Under the pieces are notes generated by a model. That model saw only the letters and a list, made by a program, of their open reading frames with translations. It made no database searches and was not told the DNA's origin. A stretch of DNA of 25,602 nucleotides from a virus (taxonomy: Duplodnaviria; Caudoviricetes), in IMG/VR virus record IMGVR_UViG_3300030330_000248, positions 1 to 25,602 of that record; one strand, 5' to 3'. Below, piece after piece: positions 1 to 6,994 of this stretch. Within the stretch, counting starts at the first letter, position 1. Each line of letters begins with the position of its first letter. The position numbers were made by a program, and so were the translations under genes.

Positions 1-873
1 TGCTTGGATTGGCGAGTCATCCCTTCGCACAGCATTGGCTGTAATTACATGCGGGGGGATACTGAGCATACCACTGTTACCTCTGAAAAGGTAGCCAACA
101 TCCGTGAAGACACTGGTGATGTGCTTGGTTGGGTTGGTCCCAACTATAAGCGTATCCAAAACATTGACGTAGCCGAGCTGGCTTATGCCGTGGCTGGTAA
201 TGACACCAAGGTAGAGACTGCTGGTAGTCTTCGCAATGGTGCTCGTACTTACTTCTTGTTGAAGTTCAACGAGTTCTCTACGCAACATAGTGATGATGTA
301 ACCAATGAGTATCTGTTGCTTGCTAACGGACACGATGGTTTGATGGCATTCAATGCTATCCCAACTGCTATCCGTGTTGTCTGTGCTAACACCTTGGCTA
401 TTGCCATGGCTCAAGCAAATGCCTATCGTATTGCCCACAAGGGTAACATGGAAGATAAGCTTGCTGACCTGTACGATGCTATCGTTGCAGCTAAGCAAGA
501 CAGTCGTGTCTTTGAAGATAAGGTTCGACACCTTGCTAATCAAGGCATGACTCGTCACACACTGAAAGATTACTATGATCTGATGTACAACAAGTACTTC
601 AATCAAGTCGATGATAAGTCATCTGACCGTGATTGGAAGAAGAAAATTGAAACCACTTTGAAGTGGGAGAATAGATTTGAGATTGAAGCTAGTACTGCAG
701 GTAACAACCTGTGGAATGCATTCAACTCTATCACCTACTTTGTTCAGCACACCCTGCCAACGCGTGGTCGTACTGAAGCACAACGTCGAGAGAATCGACT
801 ACATACAAACATGTTCGGAACCTCTGGTTCTCTGAAGACTAAGATCTTTGAGAACACTTTGGAACTGATCTAA
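1..873 (+). CDS. DUF932 / phage-plasmid-like (TIGR03299-type) protein, probably 5'-truncated by the window edge
   Basis: Frame is open from base 1. Motifs LDWxV, YxxIQN, VETAGSLRNG, LxNGHDG, PTAIRVVCANTL, IAHKGN and NLWNAFNSITYF match this family. Confidence 0.8.
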   Translation, partial: CLDWRVIPSHSIGCNYMRGDTEHTTVTSEKVANIREDTGDVLGWVGPNYKRIQNIDVAELAYAVAGNDTKVETAGSLRNGARTYFLLKFNEFSTQHSDDVTNEYLLLANGHDGLMAFNAIPTAIRVVCANTLAIAMAQANAYRIAHKGNMEDKLADLYDAIVAAKQDSRVFEDKVRHLANQGMTRHTLKDYYDLMYNKYFNQVDDKSSDRDWKKKIETTLKWENRFEIEASTAGNNLWNAFNSITYFVQHTLPTRGRTEAQRRENRLHTNMFGTSGSLKTKIFENTLELI

Positions 874-907
874 TGAATCACGCGCACGCCCTCTCAGCGT
901 GAACCCC

Positions 908-942
908 GAATACTACTCAGGAAACTGGGTAGTATTCTTTTT
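908..942 (+). terminator. Intrinsic terminator-like hairpin upstream of the RNAP gene
   Basis: GAATACTACTCAG-GAAA-CTGGGTAGTATTC forms a 13-bp stem with one G-U pair and a GNRA loop, followed by TTTTT. Confidence 0.7.
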
Positions 943-960
943 CCAACATAAGGAGTATGC

Positions 961-3399
961 ATGCTTTGGGATAAACTGTCTTATGAAGAACAGCAAAGAA
1001 GAATTGATGTTGAATCTACTATGGAAGAGGAGACATTGTTATCCTCTATCCAAAAGTATTGGGATGATTACGACAGGGCTCCTGATGAAGGTATCCCTGA
1101 ACAAAAACTGTTAGATGATTTTATTGAGGATCTAGCACCGCAGTATCAAGAATGGATTGATAAGGTATCTAATAGTCCTAAGTGTCCGCAGTGGGTCTAC
1201 CCATTGTTTGCTCTTGGTGCTCACAAGATGGCTGATCTAACACTTAGATCTGTCATGCGACTGTGGTTAAATAGTAGTGCATTCAAAGAAGATAATGATG
1301 GTATTATCCATCCACCACTAGCACAGCATGTGGTTAGAATGATTGCAAAGGATGCTGTCAATATTATTTCTTATCAGTTTGCTAAAGATGAATTCAAACA
1401 GGACTGGCAACGACAGTCAAAGTTTATTAAAAACTGGTCAGAAAAAAGATGTATAGCATTTGCTACTAAGATGGCAAAGATTCCAGAGATGACGTTAAAA
1501 CAAAAGGATGACTTTGGTCATCACATGTTGCGTATTGCAGAAGCATCTGGTGCTATTCAAACTACAAAGAGAAGCAAACGTAGAGGCAGGGGCTGGACTC
1601 ATGCACTACATGTAGAGTTTAGTCCTTCTCTCCTAGCATATCTAAATGAAAGACATAAGTTGATGGAGACATCTATGCTTGTGTATCGCCCTATGATTAT
1701 ACCACCTGTAGATCATCAGATAGATAACTCGGGTGGATACTTACATCACTGGATTAGAAAAGAAGTTGTACACAGATATGTATCTGAGTATGCAGAAGAC
1801 AAAGCTATTCACCAGAAACATTCAGAGCCATCACAGTTTGTACTTGATGGTGTTAATGCTATGATGCAGACTGAGTGGGCTGTAAACTCTAGAGTCTTAG
1901 ATGTAATGGAGAACATGTTCAAATCAAATAACAGGCAGGCTAATCTACCAGCCTATGACTTTGATGAGTTTAAGTTCTCCGATCCATATCCTGAAGATGC
2001 ACCTAAAGATATACAAGCTAAGTGGTGTCAACGTAGAGAAGAGATGTATAGTGATTGGTTTAAACAAGAGCAGGCTAGAGCTAGAATGTTAGTTCGCCTA
2101 TCTCTTGCTAAGAAGATGCAGAAGTATCAGTTCTTTTACATGCCTATTACGCTTGACTTCCGGGGGCGAGCGTATACTACATGCGAGCTGCTGTCTCATC
2201 AGAGTTCTGATTTTGACAAAGCATTGATTCATTTTGCTGAGCCTGTTAAACAAACAGAGCGTGGTTTATATTGGGTTAAAGTGCATGTGGCTAATCTGTT
2301 TGATCAAGATAAACTATCATTTAATGATCGTGTTAAATGGGTAGATGATAACATGGATATGCTGCAACGTATTAATACAGATCCATACGAAAACAAAGAA
2401 TGGATTTCAGATAAAAAGAAAAAGAACCCATCATTCCAAAGACTTGCTGCTGTGTTTGAGTTGTGTCGTACAGATGGATTGACGCAGCTTGCACCGCAGA
2501 TGGACGGGGCTTGTAATGGGTCGCAGCATTGGGCTGCTATTATGGGGGATGAGGTTATTGGTACGCTTACTAATGTACTACCTGAAGATAAACCTCAAGA
2601 CTTGTACCAGTTTATTGCAGACAAGGCTACAGAGTATTGTAAACTAAATACAAAAGATATACCATGGTGTGAAGACTTCCTAGAATACTGGCCTGACGGT
2701 ATTGATCGTGCTGTAACTAAACGACCTACCATGTGTGATGCATATGGACTTACGTTTTATGGTATTCAAAAGTATATTAAGATTGAAGGTCATGTTGACT
2801 GGGTACCAAAAGATAAACAGGGTGGGGCTATTGTAGAGCTGGCTCGTGCTATCCAAGCAGGGCTAGGCGAAGCATTGCAAGAACCTAATCGTGGTAAAGA
2901 ATGGCTCAAAGAATGTGCTGAGATTTGTGGCAATGCTGAGATGCATCTGGAATACACTGTGCCTAGTGGATTTAAAGTGGTGCATGCATATTATCAAATC
3001 AAAAAACGTCGTTCACTAGCGTCACTCTTTAACCACAAAGAACTTATATTCTGGAATGTCTCTAAAGATGTGCATAAAGATAAGGCAATGTTAGGTATTC
3101 CGCCTAACTATATACATTCACTAGATGCTAGTCATATGTTCTGCACTATTAAACAAATGATTAATGCAGGTATTGAAAGATTTAGTATGATACATGATTC
3201 ATATGGTTGTCCTGCACCGTATGTGGATATGATGAATCAATTTATTAGAGATGAGTTTTTAAAAATGCACAAGGAGAATCAACTTGAAGTATTCAAACGA
3301 TGCGTCGAAGCAACCACGGGTGTCACACTCCCTGATGTCCCAGAACGAAGAGACATGGATCTCACAGGAGTCTTGGACTCCAAGTACTTCTTTTCCTGA
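961..3399 (+). CDS. T7-like single-subunit DNA-directed RNA polymerase (gp1-like), 812 aa
   Basis: Motifs LDFRGRAY, QMDGACNGSQH (motif A), RAVTKRPTMCDAYG (motif B), IPPNYIHSLDASH, MIHDSYG (motif C) and C-terminal SKYFFS. AAGGAG RBS. Confidence 0.97.
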   Translation: MLWDKLSYEEQQRRIDVESTMEEETLLSSIQKYWDDYDRAPDEGIPEQKLLDDFIEDLAPQYQEWIDKVSNSPKCPQWVYPLFALGAHKMADLTLRSVMRLWLNSSAFKEDNDGIIHPPLAQHVVRMIAKDAVNIISYQFAKDEFKQDWQRQSKFIKNWSEKRCIAFATKMAKIPEMTLKQKDDFGHHMLRIAEASGAIQTTKRSKRRGRGWTHALHVEFSPSLLAYLNERHKLMETSMLVYRPMIIPPVDHQIDNSGGYLHHWIRKEVVHRYVSEYAEDKAIHQKHSEPSQFVLDGVNAMMQTEWAVNSRVLDVMENMFKSNNRQANLPAYDFDEFKFSDPYPEDAPKDIQAKWCQRREEMYSDWFKQEQARARMLVRLSLAKKMQKYQFFYMPITLDFRGRAYTTCELLSHQSSDFDKALIHFAEPVKQTERGLYWVKVHVANLFDQDKLSFNDRVKWVDDNMDMLQRINTDPYENKEWISDKKKKNPSFQRLAAVFELCRTDGLTQLAPQMDGACNGSQHWAAIMGDEVIGTLTNVLPEDKPQDLYQFIADKATEYCKLNTKDIPWCEDFLEYWPDGIDRAVTKRPTMCDAYGLTFYGIQKYIKIEGHVDWVPKDKQGGAIVELARAIQAGLGEALQEPNRGKEWLKECAEICGNAEMHLEYTVPSGFKVVHAYYQIKKRRSLASLFNHKELIFWNVSKDVHKDKAMLGIPPNYIHSLDASHMFCTIKQMINAGIERFSMIHDSYGCPAPYVDMMNQFIRDEFLKMHKENQLEVFKRCVEATTGVTLPDVPERRDMDLTGVLDSKYFFS

Positions 3400-3673
3400 A
3401 CGTGTGGAGATATGGTGGCATGATGCGGAAACTTGTGGCGGTCCCGGTTGGGTTGATAGGAATGATGCTGATGATTATATATTTAGTAATCTTCCTATTA
3501 TTAAATCTGTTGGCTTTCTTTGTGCTATTACCGATACTCATTATTCTATTACCGATAATGTGGGTCACGACCAAATTGGCGGGGTCACAAAGATACCTAT
3601 AGGTATGATACAAAATGTTTACTATTTAGAAAGGACTAATAATGACACATCTAGTAATCAATTCAGAGGGTGA
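3335..3673 (+). CDS. Small hypothetical phage protein (WxDA..GW type); start uncertain (3284, 3335 or GTG 3404)
   Basis: VEIWWHDA..GPGW...KSVGFL...TKIPIGMI pattern, recalled from small phage beta-barrel-like proteins. Fills the gap after RNAP. Confidence 0.6.
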   Translation: MSQNEETWISQESWTPSTSFPERVEIWWHDAETCGGPGWVDRNDADDYIFSNLPIIKSVGFLCAITDTHYSITDNVGHDQIGGVTKIPIGMIQNVYYLERTNNDTSSNQFRG

Positions 3674-3899
3674 TATGGAGAAAGGTATTACAGAAGCTGT
3701 TACTCTAGCAAAGATTGATGGCTCTAATCTAACAATAGAATTACCTTCAGAAAATTTTGCAAAATTATTTATGGAAAATATGTTCGTTGCCTTTGTTGAG
3801 GCAGGTGTAAAGAAAGAAACCGATATGCAGTTGAACGTAATGTTCCCTGTAGAGGAGGATAATGATGAAGAAGAAAGCGATGGAGCAGGCAAAGAGTAA
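3642..3899 (+). CDS. Hypothetical acidic protein, 85 aa
   Basis: AAGGA RBS, overlaps both neighbours, acidic C-terminal tail. Confidence 0.6.
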   Translation: MTHLVINSEGDMEKGITEAVTLAKIDGSNLTIELPSENFAKLFMENMFVAFVEAGVKKETDMQLNVMFPVEEDNDEEESDGAGKE

Positions 3900-4200
3900 G
3901 CCTGCCGCTAAGTTCTTTCACAAAGGAGAATGGTTTGACGTTCTCGAAGTGAAAGAGTATAATTACGATGAGCTTAATGCTCTGCAGCGGTTGCATATTG
4001 ATGGTCTTGTTGACCTGTATGCACCGCGTCGTGCTGAAGCTTGTAAGTACAAGCATAATGCTGATGAGAAAGGTCAGTTCATTTCAGCTGAGTATATCGA
4101 GGGCTCAGAAAGAATGGTAGATCTTCCCTCCCATGTTGATCAATGGAAGGATGACTACAAACGGAGATTTAGAAATGGCAAGAGTACTCGTAATAGGTGA
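3880..4200 (+). CDS. Hypothetical protein (start 3862 or 3880)
   Basis: Open frame packed between neighbours with phage-like codon usage. Confidence 0.6.
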   Translation: MEQAKSKPAAKFFHKGEWFDVLEVKEYNYDELNALQRLHIDGLVDLYAPRRAEACKYKHNADEKGQFISAEYIEGSERMVDLPSHVDQWKDDYKRRFRNGKSTRNR

Positions 4201-4855
4201 TACCCACTGTCCAGCCATGGACCTTGGGTATCCAAACTTCCTAGAAGAAATGGCTGATCAGTGGGAGATTGATACCGTAGTTCATATCGGTGATGTCGTA
4301 GACTGGGCTAGCATTTCCTACCACGAGAAGATGCCCGGCTTTGATAGCCCAGCCTTGGAATACCAGAAAGCTCTGGATCAAGTGCAAATGTTGTATAAGT
4401 TATTTCCTAAGGCTACTGTCATGACGGGTAATCATGATGACCTACCCCGGAGACAAATGACTACTGTTGGCTTGCCTGAAGAGTGCTTAGTTGACTACAA
4501 CTATCTGTGGAAAACTCCGGGCTGGGATTGGAGGCCAAGATATGCTACTCACAATTTGGATGGTGTGTTATATCGGCATGGCGATAGCGGTCGTGGTGGC
4601 AAGTATGCGGCACTAAATAATGCTATGGATAACTTTAACTCTTATGTGCAAGGGCATACTCACTCACTAGCTGGTGTTAATTACTATCGTAATGAAGGTG
4701 GTAGAGTCTTTGGTATGAACGTAGGCTGTGGTGTAGACCACGATCAATTAGCTATGTACTATGCACGGAGATACAATGCCAAACCTATCTTAGGCTGTGG
4801 TATTGTATTGGATGGCAAGTATGCATACTGGGAACCATACAATGGCATTGCGTGA
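4175..4855 (+). CDS. Calcineurin-like metallophosphoesterase
   Basis: All five metal-binding motifs present: GDTH, GDVVD, GNHD, HGD, GHTH. GGAG RBS before ATG 4175. Confidence 0.9.
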   Translation: MARVLVIGDTHCPAMDLGYPNFLEEMADQWEIDTVVHIGDVVDWASISYHEKMPGFDSPALEYQKALDQVQMLYKLFPKATVMTGNHDDLPRRQMTTVGLPEECLVDYNYLWKTPGWDWRPRYATHNLDGVLYRHGDSGRGGKYAALNNAMDNFNSYVQGHTHSLAGVNYYRNEGGRVFGMNVGCGVDHDQLAMYYARRYNAKPILGCGIVLDGKYAYWEPYNGIA

Positions 4856-5105
4856 TGACTTAAGAGAAAAATGGTTTAAGAATAATAGTCGTAGTTATAA
4901 AGACCGCGATGTAAAATTTGGTAGAAAAAATAAAAACAAGTGGTATCCTACTAACATGAATGAACAAGGCAAGGGATCAGCACCACGAAATAAAAATATT
5001 TCTTATGCTGAAGAAGACTTGCGTTGGAAGCTCGCTTTTGGTAAAATATCCGAACAAGAATTCAATGAAGCCATGGAGAAATTAAATGGCAAAGAATCAA
5101 ATTGA
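4842..5105 (+). CDS. Hypothetical basic protein
   Basis: ORF overlaps the previous stop and contains a GKGSAPR motif common in small phage proteins. Confidence 0.55.
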   Translation: MALRDDLREKWFKNNSRSYKDRDVKFGRKNKNKWYPTNMNEQGKGSAPRNKNISYAEEDLRWKLAFGKISEQEFNEAMEKLNGKESN

Positions 5106-5199
5106 TAGTAGTATTGTTGCCCGTATGAAGAAGGCGGGAAGAACTCGTCGGCAACATAAGAACAAGTATGGTCAGCGTAAGGCTGGCAGAAAGAATTGA
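5086..5199 (+). CDS. Small basic protein, 37 aa (MAKNQIDSSIVARMKKAGRTRRQHKNKYGQRKAGRKN); not in the ORF track
   Basis: GGAG at 5075-5078, ATG 5086, TGA 5197-5199. Fills the gap before SSB. Confidence 0.6.
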   Translation: MAKNQIDSSIVARMKKAGRTRRQHKNKYGQRKAGRKN

Positions 5200-5208
5200 G
5201 GTAATCAT

Positions 5209-5724
5209 ATGAATGATCCTACTAAAGTGTTTAACACTCACACCCTAGATGTGAAATGGTCACATCTGCATCGTCCTGATGATAAGTTTGGTGCTCCCGG
5301 CAACCATAACGTAAGCGTCGTTGTTGACGATCAGCTTCAGACGCAGCTCAGTGAGATCCAAACTGCCCTTGGTGGTAAGAAGATCAATGGTATGTATGAA
5401 CAAGAAGATGCTCAGATCCTTAAGGTCAAGTCTACCTTGTTTACTAACCCACCAGAGAATGGCGGAGAGAAGAAAGATATCTACCCATGTGTAGATGCTA
5501 ACACCAAGCCTACCAAGGCTGTGCCTATGGGCGGTGACAAGGTTCGGCTTCGTCTTAAGCCTATGCTTCTCAAGCGTGATGGCTCTGTATCATTCTTCTT
5601 AAATGGTGTCCAGATCATTGAGAAGGGTGAACAACAGCAGAGCAGCGGCTTTGATAAGACTGAAGGATTCGATGGCTCTGAAGCCATGGCTCCTGAGGTT
5701 GAGACTCAAGACACCCCGTTCTAA
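5209..5724 (+). CDS. Single-stranded DNA-binding protein (gp2.5-like)
   Basis: WSHLHRPDDKF, GGDKVRL, SFFLNGVQII, and an acidic tail ending in PF. Syntenic with T7 gp2.5. Confidence 0.8.
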   Translation: MNDPTKVFNTHTLDVKWSHLHRPDDKFGAPGNHNVSVVVDDQLQTQLSEIQTALGGKKINGMYEQEDAQILKVKSTLFTNPPENGGEKKDIYPCVDANTKPTKAVPMGGDKVRLRLKPMLLKRDGSVSFFLNGVQIIEKGEQQQSSGFDKTEGFDGSEAMAPEVETQDTPF

Positions 5725-6104
5725 TGGAGTGGTCCTTTCCCATTAGTCCTGTTGCGGCTAGTAGACCTCGTGTGTCAAAGCACGGGGCCTACTTTGCCGG
5801 ACCCTATAAAAACTTTCGACGCGAAGCAGCGGAGATTGTAGACGATGTATTGGGAGAATGGGAACCGCTGTCTGGTCCATTGACTGTAGATCTTGAACTG
5901 TTTATTGGCAGACCAAAGACTACTAAATTAGATGCACCAAAGGCGGACATTGATAATTTTGTAAAGGCTATCTTTGATGTCATGAATGGTAGACTATGGG
6001 ATGATGACTCACAAGTAATTAAACTATACGCTACAAAGCAGTGGGCTGAAGATGCAAATGGATATTTTGTTTTGGGAATTAACAAGGAGAAACCCAATGA
6101 GTGA
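5724..6104 (+). CDS. rusA: RusA-family Holliday junction resolvase
   Basis: PVAASRPRV N-terminus and the DIDNFVKAIFD...WDDDSQVI catalytic signature. Confidence 0.88.
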   Translation: MEWSFPISPVAASRPRVSKHGAYFAGPYKNFRREAAEIVDDVLGEWEPLSGPLTVDLELFIGRPKTTKLDAPKADIDNFVKAIFDVMNGRLWDDDSQVIKLYATKQWAEDANGYFVLGINKEKPNE

Positions 6105-6342
6105 TTGTAATGAAACTAAATGCAGTGTTGAAGACTGCGTGACTCAAGCTGCCGCTTACCTGTGTCAGTTTGATACTGTTGATAATGATCTTTATATTAA
6201 CAAGATTGCTAATGGTTATCTTGTAAAGATTGATGGACAAGATCACAATGGTAATTGGATTGGTCGGCAGTTTGCTATGCCAAATATTTCATGTGTTGAA
6301 CAAACCTTTGTCGCATGGGCAGAGCACAAGCGGGACAACTAA
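6097..6342 (+). CDS. Hypothetical protein
   Basis: AAGGAG RBS before ATG 6097. Contains an INKIANGYLVKI motif. Confidence 0.65.
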   Translation: MSDCNETKCSVEDCVTQAAAYLCQFDTVDNDLYINKIANGYLVKIDGQDHNGNWIGRQFAMPNISCVEQTFVAWAEHKRDN

Positions 6343-6347
6343 CCGCA

Positions 6348-6420
6348 GGCTCCATAGCCCAATGGCAGAGGCAGTGGACTTAAAATCCATCCAGTCCGGG
6401 TTCGAGTCCCGGTGGAGCTA
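6348..6420 (+). tRNA. tRNA-Leu(UAA), short variable loop, no encoded CCA
   Basis: Acceptor GGCTCCA/TGGAGCT, anticodon arm GTGGA-CT TAA AA-TCCAT, T arm CCGGG-TTCGAGT-CCCGG, discriminator A. Confidence 0.9.
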
Positions 6421-6423
6421 TTG

Positions 6424-6497
6424 GCTTTCGTAGCTCAATTGGATAGAGCAACTGCCTTCTAAGCAGTAGGTTGCAAGTTCGAGTCTTGCCGAGAGCG
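6424..6497 (+). tRNA. tRNA-Arg(UCU), no encoded CCA
   Basis: Acceptor GCTTTCG/CGAGAGC, D arm GCTC..GAGC, anticodon arm ACTGC-CT TCT AA-GCAGT, T arm GCAAG-TTCGAGT-CTTGC. Confidence 0.95.
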
Positions 6498-6499
6498 TT

Positions 6500-6536
6500 A
6501 TGTGTCACCCAGTCGGTAGGGTGGCACATTTATTTT
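6500..6536 (+). terminator. Terminator-like or processing hairpin after the tRNA pair
   Basis: ATGTGTCACCC-N8-GGGTGGCACAT forms an 11-bp stem with one G-U pair, followed by TTATTTT. Confidence 0.6.
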
Positions 6537-6548
6537 AGGAGATAACGT

Positions 6549-6992
6549 ATGTTATTAGAATTATTGTTAGCTGGTCTTGCAGGACCAGACTATACTGAGC
6601 AAACCTATGTAGGTGATGCTGGTGAAGATTTTCAGTGGACAGGTAGCTTTGTTGCTTCATACTTCTTAGATGAAGAAGCAAACTCAGAGCTGTTTGTTTA
6701 TACATTCTCAAATGATGCAACATCTGATATTGCTATCTTCGATCTTGTTATTGATGATACTGTCACTTGGAATGTAGAAGTTAGTCCCGGTGAAACCGTT
6801 AGCTACAGCTACACTACTGATGAAGCGTATGGCTATGAGTTTCAACAAGCTGTTCTCTTTAATGCAGAAGAAGGATCTTATGACTTCTTCACTACCATTG
6901 GTACTCAGTTTGACGGAAACTTAATTCCTGCCCCCGGTGCTCTGGCTATGCTTGGGCTCGCTGGCCTTGGTAGGAGAAATAGAAAGGAATAA
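6549..6992 (+). CDS. Exported acidic protein with a PEP-CTERM-like (PAPG variant) C-terminal sorting signal
   Basis: AGGAG RBS, hydrophobic N-terminus MLLELLLAGLAG, acidic beta-rich body. C-terminus IPAPGALAMLGLAGLGRRNRKE is motif + TM helix + basic cluster. Confidence 0.85.
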   Translation: MLLELLLAGLAGPDYTEQTYVGDAGEDFQWTGSFVASYFLDEEANSELFVYTFSNDATSDIAIFDLVIDDTVTWNVEVSPGETVSYSYTTDEAYGYEFQQAVLFNAEEGSYDFFTTIGTQFDGNLIPAPGALAMLGLAGLGRRNRKE

Positions 6993-6994
6993 GT

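Noticed and set aside
6348-6497. tRNAs as a prophage attachment site or host boundary
   Set aside because: Phage genes continue collinearly on both sides, and there is no integrase or duplicated tRNA 3' end in the window.
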